Below, piece after piece: positions 14,682 to 26,892 of a DNA stretch of 35,941 nucleotides. Location: the NCBI GenBank assembly GCA_032718475.1, contig JAUCBJ010004486.1:1-35941 (forward strand). Direction: 5' to 3'. The notes under the pieces are model-generated. The model was not told the DNA's origin. It saw only the letters and a list, made by a program, of their open reading frames with translations, and searched no databases. Source of the DNA: Nemertoderma westbladi. Taxonomy: Eukaryota; Animalia; Xenacoelomorpha. Position numbers and translations under genes: made by a program. Within the stretch, counting starts at the first letter, position 1. The number at the start of each line of letters is the position of its first letter.

Positions 14682-16149
14682 TACTATGATCGGCATGCTG
14701 CATTGCAGCTGCATTTTTAAGAATGCTGTGCCGGCTTGTCAACAAAATTGCACCGCCACAACTCCCTATCACCCATGACATTTGCTAGATCATCCGCATC
14801 TTTAAGGCCAGTGTCCTTTAAGATGCGTCTCAAGAAAGTCATAGGCTGTCCACCATTCTTATTCACTCCATGACGCTGCCAAAGTACAAGATTATGCACT
14901 GGCTGGTCCTCACGGCGAAAGCAATGTCCTGCAAAGCGGAGGCGATTTTGTTCTAGTGTCAAGCTTGGGGGAACCAATGAGACACCTCCAATGTTATATA
15001 GTGTCTGGTTGGAGATGTGTGCATTGTACTTGACACAATGTACCCGGCGTAGCATTCTTGTGAATGTGCCATCCAGAGATTTGGTGTCCTCAGCAGTTAG
15101 AGCCCAGCATGGACTCCCATAGAGGAGTACTGGAACTACTGCTGCTCTAAATAATCGGACCTTAAGTTTCCGATTAATTCTAGGTGACTTCCAAATCCTG
15201 GAAAGCCTATTCAAGGCTGCCCATGCCTTTCCCTTACGTATTCGAAGGTCCTCACCTGACTTCCGGATCCATGATCCCAGGTAACAGAAGTCGTCCACAT
15301 GCTCAAGCATACCATCCTTTGAGCTTATGCTCATCCGGTCAGAGACTTGCTGAGGACTTTCAAAGTTAACTGTCAGAATTTTGGTCTTTCTGGAGTTAAT
15401 AAAAAGACCAACACTAGAAGCAGCATGTTCTAACGAGCTGAGGAGCCGCTGGGCTCCCTCTAATGATTCTGAAAGTACTCCTAAGTCATCAGCAAAGTCT
15501 AGATCAGTTAGGTACTTGGCAGGATTTCCTCGACTTCTGGAGCCAGTAGGTGGAGTTATCATCACCCCATCATCATTATAATGATCTAAGGACATGCGTA
15601 GAACATAGTCAACCACAATAATGAACAAGAATGGTGCAAGTGTGTCTCCTTGGAGGACGCCCCATAACACTTCAAATGGTTCTGTGTCACCGTCAACAGT
15701 AGACACAAATGTTGTCGAACCATCGTATACTGATCTGATTGCTGCAATAATTTCATCAGGGATCCCATATAATGAAAGTATGCTGAACATACGTGAGCGA
15801 GAGACTGAATCAAAGGCCTTGAAGAAGTCAACAAAGATAACAGCCAAATGCCTGTCTTTCTTTTTTGATAACTCTTCAATTATCCTTCTAAGTGCCAAAA
15901 TGGGTTCCATGGTCCCACGACCTTTACGGAACCCATTCTGATTTCCACGTAGCAGTCTCTCAATGGGATCCCTGATGCGATTTAATAGAATTCTATTGTA
16001 TAGTTTTGCAGCAATCGAGATCAATGAGATTCCCCGAAAAGAACCATAGAGTGTTAGGTTGCCCTTCTTGGGAACTGGCACCAACTTATTTGTTTTCATT
16101 TCTTGTGGGACTCTTGTTGTACGGTACATGTCTACAATGATGGGATAGA
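14682..16149 (-). mobile_element. 5'-truncated RTE-clade non-LTR retrotransposon inserted in the satellite (copy 1)
   Basis: RT reading frame is open up to the junction near 16149. Very short 3' UTR ending GCAGCATGCCGATCA followed by a (TAG)n tail that merges into the satellite GTAC. The same 3' end recurs at ~27474, ~30898 and ~33850. Confidence 0.95.
14717..16129 (-). CDS. Reverse transcriptase domain and C-terminus of an RTE element (470 aa; endonuclease lost by 5' truncation, so the Met is probably internal)
   Basis: Motifs PVPKKG, RGISLISIAAKLYNRILLNRI, QNGFRKGR, FVDFFKAFDSV, GVLQGDTLAPFLF, DLDFADDL, FCYLGS and RLRFAGHCFR. No stops or frameshifts. Confidence 0.9.
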   Translation of the reverse strand: MYRTTRVPQEMKTNKLVPVPKKGNLTLYGSFRGISLISIAAKLYNRILLNRIRDPIERLLRGNQNGFRKGRGTMEPILALRRIIEELSKKKDRHLAVIFVDFFKAFDSVSRSRMFSILSLYGIPDEIIAAIRSVYDGSTTFVSTVDGDTEPFEVLWGVLQGDTLAPFLFIIVVDYVLRMSLDHYNDDGVMITPPTGSRSRGNPAKYLTDLDFADDLGVLSESLEGAQRLLSSLEHAASSVGLFINSRKTKILTVNFESPQQVSDRMSISSKDGMLEHVDDFCYLGSWIRKSGEDLRIRKGKAWAALNRLSRIWKSPRINRKLKVRLFRAAVVPVLLYGSPCWALTAEDTKSLDGTFTRMLRRVHCVKYNAHISNQTLYNIGGVSLVPPSLTLEQNRLRFAGHCFRREDQPVHNLVLWQRHGVNKNGGQPMTFLRRILKDTGLKDADDLANVMGDRELWRCNFVDKPAQHS

Positions 16150-19100
16150 CGTACCTCCGCTAGTGATCCCGGACCCAACAACACCACACTACTTACCTCC
16201 TTGGTTGCCGTACCTCCGTTGTTGGTCCCGGACCCAACAACACCACACTACCTCCTTGGTTGCCGTACCTCCGCTAGTGATCCCGGACCCAACAACACCA
16301 TACTACCTCCTTGGTTGCCGTACCTCCGCTAGTGATCCCGGACCCAACAACACCACACTACTTACCTCCTTGGTTGCCGTACCTCCGTTGTTGGTCCCGG
16401 ACCCAACAACACCACACTACCTCCTTGGTTGCCGTACCTCCGTTAGTGATCCCGGACCCAACAACACCACACTACCTCCTTGGTTGCCCTACCTCCGTTG
16501 TTGGTCCCGGACCCAACAACACCACACTACCTCCTTGGTTGCCGTACCTCCGTTAGTGATCCCGGACCCAACAACACCACACTACCTCCTTGGTTGCCCT
16601 ACCTCCGTTAGTGATCCCGGACCCAACAACACCACACTACCTCCTTGGTTGCCCTGCCTCCGATAGTGATCCCGGACCCAACAACACCACACTACCTCCT
16701 TGGTTGCCCTACCTCCGTTGTTGGTCCCGGACCCAACAACACCACACTACCTCCTTGGTTGCCCTACCCCCGTTGTTGGTCCCGGACCCAACAACACCAC
16801 ACTACCTCCTTGGTTGCCGTACCTCAGTTGTTGGTCCCGGACCCAACAACACCACACTACTTACCTCCTTGGTTGCCGTACCTCCGTTGTTGGTCCCGGA
16901 CCCAACAACACCACACTACCTCCTTGGTTGCCCTACCTCCGTTGTTGGTCCCGGATCCAACAACACCACACTACCTCCTTGGTTGCCCTACCTCCGTTGT
17001 TGGTCCCGGACCCAACAACACCACACTACCTCCTTGGTTGCCCTACCTCCGTCGTTGGTCCCGGACCCAACAACACCACACTACCTCCTTGGTTGCCCTA
17101 CCTCCGTTGTTGGTCCCGGACCCAACAACACCACACTACCTCCTTGGTTGCCGTACCTCAGTTGTTGGTCCCGGACCCAACAACACCACACTACTTACCT
17201 CCTTGGTTGCCGTACCTCCGTTGTTGGTCCCGGACCCAACAACACCACACTACCTCCTTGGTTGCCGTACCTCCGTTAGTGATCCCGGACCCAACAACAC
17301 CACACTACCTCCTTGGTTGCCCTACCTCCATTGTTGGTCCCGGACCCAACAACACCACACTACCTCCTTGGTTGCCGTACCTCCGTTAGTGATCCCGGAC
17401 CCAACAACACCACACTACCTCCTTGGTTGCCCTACCTCCGTTAGTGATCCCGGACCCAACAACACCACACTACCTCCTTGGTTGCCCTACCTCCATTGTT
17501 GGTCCCGGACCCAACAACACCACACTACCTCCTTGGTTGCCCTACCTCCGTTAGTGATCCCGGACCCAACAACACCACTCTACCTCCTTGGTTGCCCTAC
17601 CTCCGTTAGTGATCCCGGACCCAACAACACCACACTACCTCCTTGGTTGCCGTACCTCCGTTGTTGGTCCCGGACCCAACAACACCACACTACCTCCTTG
17701 GTTGCCGTACCTCCGCTAGTGATCCCGGACCCAACAACACAACACTACCTCCTTGGTTGCCCTACCTCCATTGTTGGTCCCGGACCCAACAACACCACAC
17801 TACCTCCTTGGTTGCCGTACCTCCGCTAGTGATCCCGGACCCAACAACACCACACTACCTCCTTGGTTGCCCTACCTCCGTTGTTGGTCCCGGACCCAAC
17901 AACACCACACTACCTCCTTGGTTGCCCTACCTCCGATAGTGATCCCGGACCCAACAACACCACACTAACTCCTTGGTTGCCCTACCTCCGTTGTTGGTCC
18001 CGGACCCAACAACACCACACTAACTCCTTGGTTGCCCTACCTCCGATAGTGATCCCGGACCCAACAACACCACACTACCTCCTTGGTTGCCCTACCTCAG
18101 TTGTTGGTCCCGGACCCAACAACACCACACTACCTCCTTGGTTGCCCTACCTCCGCTAGTGATCCCGGACCCAACAACACCACACTAACTCCTTGGTTGC
18201 CCTACCTCCGTTGTTGGTCCCGGACCCAACAACACCACACTACCTCCTTGGTTGCCGTACCTCCGCTAGTGATCCCGGACCCAACAACACCACACTACCT
18301 CCTTGGTTGCCCTACCTCCGTTGTTGGTCCCGGACCCAACAACACCACACTACCTCCTTGGTTGCCCTACCTCCGCTAGTGATCCCGGACCCAACAACAC
18401 CACACTACCTCCTTGGTTGCCCTACCTCCGTTGTTGGTCCCGGACCCAACAACACCACACTACCTCCTTGGTTGCCGTACCTCCGCTAGTGATCCCGGAC
18501 CCAACAACACCACACTACCTCCTTGGTTGCCCTACCTCCGTTGTTGGTCCCGGACCCAACAACACCACACTACCTCCTTGGTTGCCCTACCTCCGATAGT
18601 GATCCCGGACCCAACAACACCACACTAACTCCTTGGTTGCCCTACCTCCGTTGTTGGTCCCGGACCCAACAACACCACACTAACTCCTTGGTTGCCCTAC
18701 CTCCGTTAGTGATCCCGGACCCAACAACACCACACTACCTCCTTGGTTGCCGTACCTCCGTTGTTGGTCCCGGACCCAACAACACCACACTACCTCCTTG
18801 GTTGCCGTACCTCCGCTAGTGATCCCGGACCCAACAACACAACACTACCTCCTTGGTTGCCCTACCTCCATTGTTGGTCCCGGACCCAACAACACCACAC
18901 TACCTCCTTGGTTGCCGTACCTCCGCTAGTGATCCCGGACCCAACAACACCACACTACCTCCTTGGTTGCCCTACCTCCGTTGTTGGTCCTAGGCCCAAC
19001 AACACCACTCTACCTCCTTGGTTGCCGTACCTCCGTTAGTGATCCCAGACCCAACAACACCACACTACCTCCTTGGTTGCCCTACCTCCATTGTTGGTCC

Positions 19101-22100
19101 CGGACCCAACAACACCACACTACCTCCTTGGTTGCCGTACCTCCGCTAGTGATCCCGGACCCAACAACACCACACTAACTCCTTGGTTGCCGTACCTCCG
19201 TTGTTGGTCCCGGACCCAACAACACCACACTAACTCCTTGGTTGCCCTACCTCCGATAGTGATCCCGGACCCAACAACACCACACTACCTCCTTGGTTGC
19301 CGTACCTCCGTTGTTGGTCCCGGACCCAACAACACCACACTACCTCCTTGGTTGCCCTACCTCCGATAGTGATCCCGGACCCAACAACACCACACTAACT
19401 CCTTGGTTGCCCTACCTCCGTTAGTGATCCCGGACCCAACAACACCACACTACCTCCTTGGTTGCCGTACCTCCGTTGTTGGTCCCGGACCCAACAACAC
19501 CACACTACCTCCTTGGTTGCCGTACCTCCGCTAGTGATCCCGGACCCAACAACACAACACTACCTCCTTGGTTGCCCTACCTCCATTGTTGGTCCCGGAC
19601 CCAACAACACCACACTACCTCCTTGGTTGCCGTACCTCCGCTAGTGATCCCGGACCCAACAACACCACACTACCTCCTTGGTTGCCCTACCTCCGTTGTT
19701 GGTCCTAGGCCCAACAACACCACTCTACCTCCTTGGTTGCCGTACCTCCGTTAGTGATCCCAGACCCAACAACACCACACTACCTCCTTGGTTGCCCTAC
19801 CTCCATTGTTGGTCCCGGACCCAACAACACCACACTACCTCCTTGGTTGCCGTACCTCCGCTAGTGATCCCGGACCCAACAACACCACACTACCTCCTTG
19901 GTTGCCCTACCTCCGTTGTTGGTCCCGGACCCAACAACACCACACTACCTCCTTGGTTGCCGTACCTCCGCTAGTGATCCCGGACCCAACAACACCACAC
20001 TACCTCCTTGGTTGCCGTACCTCCGCTAGTGATCCCGGACCCAACAACACCACACTAACTCCTTGGTTGCCGTACCTCCGTTGTTGGTCCCGGACCCAAC
20101 AACACCACACTAACTCCTTGGTTGCCCTACCTCCGATAGTGATCCCGGACCCAACAACACCACACTACCTCCTTGGTTGCCGTACCTCCGTTGTTGGTCC
20201 CGGACCCAACAACACCACACTACCTCCTTGGTTGCCCTACCTCCGATAGTGATCCCGGACCCAACAACACCACACTAACTCCTTGGTTGCCCTACCTCCG
20301 TTGTTGGTCCCGGACCCAACAACACCACACTACCTCCTTGGTTGCCGTACCTCCGCTAGTGATCCCGGACCCAACAACACCACACTACCTCCTTGGTTGC
20401 CCTACCTCCGTTGTTGGTCCCGGACCCAACAACACCACACTACCTCCTTGGTTGCCCTACCTCCGATAGTGATCCCGGACCCAACAACACCACACTAACT
20501 CCTTGGTTGCCCTACCTCCGTTGTTGGTCCCGGACCCAACAACACCACACTAACTCCTTGGTTGCCCTACCTCCGTTAGTGATCCCGGACCCAACAACAC
20601 CACACTACCTCCTTGGTTGCCGTACCTCCGTTGTTGGTCCCGGACCCAACAACACCACACTACCTCCTTGGTTGCCCTACCTCCGATAGTGATCCCGGAC
20701 CCAACAACACCACACTAACTCCTTGGTTGCCCTACCTCCGTTGTTGGTCCCGGACCCAACAACACCACACTACCTCCTTGGTTGCCGTACCTCCGTTAGT
20801 GATCCCGGACCCAACAACACCACACTACCTCCTTGGTTGCCCTACCTCCGTTGTTGGTCCCGGACCCAACAACACCACACTACCTCCTTGGTTGCCCTAC
20901 CTCCGATAGTGATCCCGGACCCAACAACACCACACTAACTCCTTGGTTGCCCTACCTCCGTTGTTGGTCCCGGACCCAACAACACCACACTAACTCCTTG
21001 GTTGCCCTACCTCCGTTAGTGATCCCGGACCCAACAACACCACACTACCTCCTTGGTTGCCGTACCTCCGTTGTTGGTCCCGGACCCAACAACACCACAC
21101 TACCTCCTTGGTTGCCGTACCTCCGCTAGTGATCCCGGACCCAACAACACCACACTACCTCCTTGGTTGCCCTACCTCCGTTGTTGGTCCCGGACCCAAC
21201 AACACCACACTACCTCCTTGGTTGCCCTACCTCCGATAGTGATCCCGGACCCAACAACACCACACTAACTCCTTGGTTGCCCTACCTCCGTTGTTGGTCC
21301 CGGACCCAACAACACCACACTAACTCCTTGGTTGCCCTACCTCCGTTAGTGATCCCGGACCCAACAACACCACACTACCTCCTTGGTTGCCCTACCTCCG
21401 TTGTTGGTCCCAGACCCAACAACACCACACTACCTCCTTGGTTGCCGTACCTCCGCTAGTGATCCCGGACCCAACAACACCACACTAACTCCTTGGTTGC
21501 CGTAACTCCGTTGTTGATCCCGGACCCAACAACACCACACTACCTCCTTGGTTGCCGTACCTCCGCTAGTGATCCCGGACCCAACAACACCACACTAACT
21601 CCTTGGTTGCCGTACCTCCGTTGTTGGTCCCGGACCCAACAACACCACACTAACTCCTTGGTTGCCGTACCTCCGTTAGTGATCCCGGACCCAACAACAC
21701 CACACTACCTCCTTGGTTGCCCTACCTCCGATAGTGATCCCGGACCCAACAACACCACACTACCTCCTTGGTTGCCGTACCTCCGTTGTTGGTCCCGGAC
21801 CCAACAACACCACACTAACTCCTTGGTTGCCGTACCTCCGTTAGTGATCCCGGACCCAACAACACCACACTACCTCCTTGGTTGCCCTACCTCCGATAGT
21901 GATCCCGGACCCAACAACACCACACTACCTCCTTGGTTGCCGTACCTCCGTTGTTGGTCCCGGACCCAACAACACCACACTAACTCCTTGGTTGCCCTAC
22001 CTCCGATAGTGATCCCGGACCCAACAACACCACACTACCTCCTTGGTTGCCGTACCTCCGTTGTTGGTCCCGGACCCAACAACACCACACTACCTCCTTG

Positions 22101-25033
22101 GTTGCCGTACCTCCGTTAGTGATCCCGGACCCAACAACAACACACTACCTCCTTGGTTGCCCTACCTCCGTTGTTGGTCCCGGACCCAACAACACCACAC
22201 TACCTCCTTGGTTGCCCTACCTCCGATAGTGATCCCGGACCCAACAACACCACACTACCTCCTTGGTTGCCGTACCTCCGTTGTTGGTCCCGGACCCAAC
22301 AACACCACACTACCTCCTTGGTTGCCCTACCTCCGATAGTGATCCCGGACCCAACAACACCACACTAACTCCTTGGTTGCCCTACCTCCGTTGTTGGTCC
22401 CGGACCCAACAACACCACACTACCTCCTTGGTTGCCGTACCTCCGCTAGTGATCCCGGACCCAACAACACCACACTACCTCCTTGGTTGCCCTACCTCCG
22501 TTGTTGGTCCTAGGCCCAACAACACCACTCTACCTCCTTGGTTGCCGTACCTCCGTTAGTGATCCCAGACCCAACAACACCACACTACCTCCTTGGTTGC
22601 CCTACCTCCATTGTTGGTCCCGGACCCAACAACACCACACTACCTCCTTGGTTGCCGTACCTCCGCTAGTGATCCCGGACCCAACAACACCACACTACCT
22701 CCTTGGTTGCCCTACCTCCGTTGTTGGTCCCGGACCCAACAACACCACACTACCTCCTTGGTTGCCCTACCTCCGTTGTTGGTCCCGGACCCAACAACAC
22801 CACACTACCTCCTTGGTTGCCCTACCTCCGATAGTGATCCCGGACCCAACAACACCACACTAACTCCTTGGTTGCCCTACCTCCGTTGTTGGTCCCGGAC
22901 CCAACAACACCACACTAACTCCTTGGTTGCCCTACCTCCGTTAGTGATCCCGGACCCAACAACACCACACTACCTCCTTGGTTGCCGTACCTCCGTTGTT
23001 GGTCCCGGACCCAACAACACCACACTACCTCCTTGGTTGCCGTACCTCCGCTAGTGATCCCGGACCCAACAACACAACACTACCTCCTTGGTTGCCCTAC
23101 CTCCATTGTTGGTCCCGGACCCAACAACACCACACTACCTCCTTGGTTGCCGTACCTCCGCTAGTGATCCCGGACCCAACAACACCACACTACCTCCTTG
23201 GTTGCCCTACCTCCGTTGTTGGTCCTAGGCCCAACAACACCACTCTACCTCCTTGGTTGCCGTACCTCCGTTAGTGATCCCAGACCCAACAACACCACAC
23301 TACCTCCTTGGTTGCCCTACCTCCATTGTTGGTCCCGGACCCAACAACACCACACTACCTCCTTGGTTGCCGTACCTCCGCTAGTGATCCCGGACCCAAC
23401 AACACCACACTACCTCCTTGGTTGCCCTACCTCCGTTGTTGGTCCCGGACCCAACAACACCACACTACCTCCTTGGTTGCCCTACCTCCGATAGTGATCC
23501 CGGACCCAACAACACCACACTAACTCCTTGGTTGCCCTACCTCCGTTGTTGGTCCCGGACCCAACAACACCACACTACCTCCTTGGTTGCCCTACCTCCG
23601 TTGTTGGTCCCAGACCCAACAACACCACACTACCTCCTTGGTTGCCGTACCTCCGCTAGTGATCCCGGACCCAACAACACCACACTAACTCCTTGGTTGC
23701 CGTAACTCCGTTGTTGATCCCGGACCCAACAACACCACACTACCTCCTTGGTTGCCGTACCTCCGCTAGTGATCCCGGACCCAACAACACCACACTAACT
23801 CCTTGGTTGCCGTACCTCCGTTGTTGGTCCCGGACCCAACAACACCACACTACCTCCTTGGTTGCCCTACCTCCGATAGTGATCCCGGACCCAACAACAC
23901 CACACTACCTCCTTGGTTGCCGTACCTCCGTTGTTGGTCCCGGACCCAACAACACCACACTACCTCCTTGGTTGCCCTACCTCCGATAGTGATCCCGGAC
24001 CCAACAACACCACACTAACTCCTTGGTTGCCCTACCTCCGTTGTTGGTCCCGGACCCAACAACACCACACTACCTCCTTGGTTGCCGTACCTCCGATAGT
24101 GATCCCGGACCCAACAACACCACACTAACTCCTTGGTTGCCCTACCTCCGTTGTTGGTCCCGGACCCAACAACACCACACTACCTCCTTGGTTGCCGTAC
24201 CTCCGCTAGTGATCCCGGACCCAACAACACCACACTAACTCCTTGGTTGCCGTACCTCCGTTGTTGGTCCCGGACCCAACAACACCACACTAACTCCTTG
24301 GTTGCCCTACCTCCGATAGTGATCCCGGACCCAACAACACCACACTAACTCCTTGGTTGCCCTACCTCCGTTGTTGGTCCCGGACCCAACAACACCACAC
24401 TACCTCCTTGGTTGCCGTACCTCCGATAGTGATCCCGGACCCAACAACACCACACTAACTCCTTGGTTGCCCTACCTCCGTTGTTGGTCCCGGACCCAAC
24501 AACACCACACTACCTCCTTGGTTGCCGTACCTCCGTTGTTGGTCCCGGACCCAACAACACCACACTACCTCCTTGGTTGCCCTACCTCCGATAGTGATCC
24601 CGGACCCAACAACACCACACTAACTCCTTGGTTGCCGTAACTCCGTTGTTGATCCCGGACCCAACAACACCACACTACCTCCTTGGTTGCCGTACCTCCG
24701 CTAGTGATCCCGGACCCAACAACACCACACTAACTCCTTGGTTGCCGTACCTCCGTTGTTGGTCCCGGACCCAACAACACCACACTAACTCCTTGGTTGC
24801 CCTACCTCCGATAGTGATCCCGGACCCAACAACACCACACTACCTCCTTGGTTGCCGTACCTCCGTTGTTGGTCCCGGACCCAACAACACCACACTACCT
24901 CCTTGGTTGCCGTACCTCCGTTAGTGATCCCGGACCCAACAACACCACACTACCTCCTTGGTTGCCCTAACTCCGTTGTTGGTCCCAGACCCAACAACAC
25001 CACACTACCTCCTTGGTTGCCCTACCTCCGTTG
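16150..25033. repeat. 55-bp tandem satellite, right arm (~161 units)
   Basis: Same unit as the left arm, mostly the CCCGGA variant. Largely alternating GTTGTTGGT and G[T/C/A]TAGTGAT monomers after ~17.2 kb. Ends abruptly at ~25033. Confidence 0.99.
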
Positions 25034-25288
25034 CTATAGTTCTATAGTTCAATAGTTTAGGTTTCGGCTATTCCGGTTTCTACTGTAAATGTTATAGAGT
25101 ACAATAAATATAGTTATTAATTGCGTCATTTAATTGTGTTCCTATGTTTTTTGCAGATTCGGAAGGTTTGATTCTCACTCCTTCCCAACATGGGGTCATT
25201 AAGTGTTCATAAGTGCAGTAAATAATTCGTTAATTTAATTAATTATAAATAAATTTAAGAAACATGCCACTAATGATTTCTGTTAAAC

Positions 25289-25446
25289 CTGTTTTTTGAC
25301 AACTTCTGCAGCTTCTGCCGAGACTGTAACGTCTTTAAGCACAATATCTGCTTCCTTATTGGCTATCGCTAAGTCTTTCTCCTTTACAACCAACTCCTTA
25401 CTTAACTCATTCACAGATTCCGTCGCTTCCTCCAATTTCTTCAAAC
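25289..25446 (-). CDS. DNAH5: Internal exon of an axonemal dynein heavy chain (DNAH5/DNAH8-like), start of the stalk coiled coil
   Basis: Acceptor tttacAG|GT and donor CAG|GTTTAA, with an in-frame stop just after the donor. Reads (G)[52 protein letters not shown], resembling the recalled DNAH5 segment [26 protein letters not shown]. Phase matches the upstream exon. DNAH5 versus DNAH8 cannot be resolved. Confidence 0.88.
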
Positions 25447-25454
25447 CTGTAAAT

Positions 25455-26299
25455 TATAGGAGATAAAGGTATAGGTATATAATAACCTATCTATAGGAGA
25501 GTAAGGTAAAGGTATAGGTATATAATAACCTATCTATAGGAGAGTAAGGTAAAGGTATAGGTTTATAATAACCTATCTATAGGAGAGTAAGGTAAAGGTA
25601 TAGGTTTATAATAACCTATCTATAGGAGAGTAAGGTAAAGGTATAGGTTTATAATAACCTATCTATAGGAGAGTAAGGTAAAGGTATAGGTTTATAATAA
25701 CCTATCTATAGGAGAGTAAGGTAAAGGTATAGGTATATAATAACCTATCTATAGGAGAGTAAGGTAAAGGTATAGGTTTATAATAACCTATCTATAGGAG
25801 AGTAAGGTAAAGGTATAGGTTTATAATAACCTATCTATAGGAGAGTAAGGTAAAGGTATAGGTTTATAATAACCTATCTATAGGAGAGTAAGGTAAAGGT
25901 ATAGGTATATAATAACCTATCTATAGGAGAGTAAGGTAAAGGTATAGGTATATAATAACCTATCTATAGGAGAGTAAGGTAAAGGTATAGGTTTATAATA
26001 ACCTATCTATAGGAGAGTAAGGTAAAGGTATAGGTTTATAATAACCTATCTATAGGAGAGTAAGGTAAAGGTATAGGTTTATAATAACCTATCTATAGGA
26101 GAGTAAGGTAAAGGTATAGGTATATAATAACCTATCTATAGGAGAGTAAGGTAAAGGTATAGGTTTATAATAACCTATCTATAGGAGAGTAAGGTAAAGG
26201 TATAGGTTTATAATAACCTATCTATAGGAGAGTAAGGTAAAGGTATAGGTATATAATAACCTATCTATAGGAGAGTAAGGTAAAGGTATAGGTTTATAA
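25455..26299. repeat. 43-bp intronic tandem repeat (~19-20 units)
   Basis: Unit TATAGGAGAGTAAGGTAAAGGTATAGGT[T/A]TATAATAACCTATC, nearly invariant, starting a few bases from the splice acceptor. Confidence 0.98.
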
Positions 26300-26636
26300 T
26301 ATGTCTGAACCTGTCTGAACCATCAGTCTGTCCGAACCATTGGGGTTTGGAACTCTGTCCGGACCATTGGGGCCGTAACTCTGTCTGGGCCATTGGGGCC
26401 GGAACTCTGTCCGGAACATTGGGGCTGGAACTTCATCCGGACCATTGGGGCCAAAACTCCACCCGGCCCCTTGGGGCCGGAACTCTGTCTGGACCATTGG
26501 GGCCATAACTCCGCCCAGCCCCTTGGGGCCGGAACTCTGTCTGCTGGACCATTGGGGCCGCAACTCCGTCCGGACCATTGGGGCCAGAACCCCCCCCCCC
26601 CCCCCCCCGCCCAGCCCCTTGGCGCCGGAACTCCGC
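26300..26636. repeat. Degenerate ~26-bp GC-rich tandem repeat with a poly-C run
   Basis: Recurring GGAACTCTGTCCGGACCATTGGGGCC-like units running up to the splice donor. C run at ~26590-26608. Confidence 0.85.
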
Positions 26637-26640
26637 TTAC

Positions 26641-26797
26641 CTGTATCCATTCGAGAGGCCAGTGTATTGAGGGTTTCCTGTTTCTCTGCGTAAAAAGCTT
26701 TATAACCATCCAAGAATGATAAGTAGCTTTTGGGAGTAACAAAAGTCTGTCTACGAAATCGTTGAAAGTATTCAGTACAAGTTGAAGCCACACCATC
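26641..26797 (-). CDS. DNAH5: Internal exon of an axonemal dynein heavy chain (DNAH5/DNAH8-like), end of AAA4; 5' boundary may extend to ~26824
   Basis: Reads DGVASTCTEYFQRFRRQTFVTPKSYLSFLDGYKAFYAEKQETLNTLASRMDT(G), with the dynein FRR-x-x-x-VTPKSYL motif. Donor AG|GTAAGC in phase 1; candidate acceptor ttacAG|GAT. Confidence 0.9.
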
Positions 26798-26824
26798 CTG
26801 TAATAGTCCAATGGTATTAAGTAT

Positions 26825-26892
26825 AGTAGTAGTAGTGAACGATTTAATGGCCATTCACTGGACGGCGTTCAGCCTTTCATTTCCGCCAAGTT
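26825..26892 (-). mobile_element. Short retroposon 3'-end fragment with an (ACT)n tail
   Basis: Minus strand reads ...GCCGTCCAGTGAATGGCCATTAAATCGTTC-ACTACTACTACT. Family not determined. Confidence 0.5.

Noticed and set aside
1-25033. CRISPR-like array
   Set aside because: No unique spacers, no cas genes, and a spliceosomal eukaryotic context.
87-25055. Numerous long + strand ORFs (up to 1364 aa) with repeating peptide
   Set aside because: The 55-bp unit is not a multiple of 3, so all frames give the same 55-aa cycle. Starts are TTG and stops depend only on monomer variants.
25130-25200. Next dynein exon or an L2 RT scrap (GVRIKPSESAKNIG on the minus strand)
   Set aside because: Not similar to the expected dynein continuation and too short to assign.
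26294-26854. 186-aa minus-strand ORF as a standalone gene
   Set aside because: It is the dynein exon reading through its GTAAGC donor into intronic repeat.
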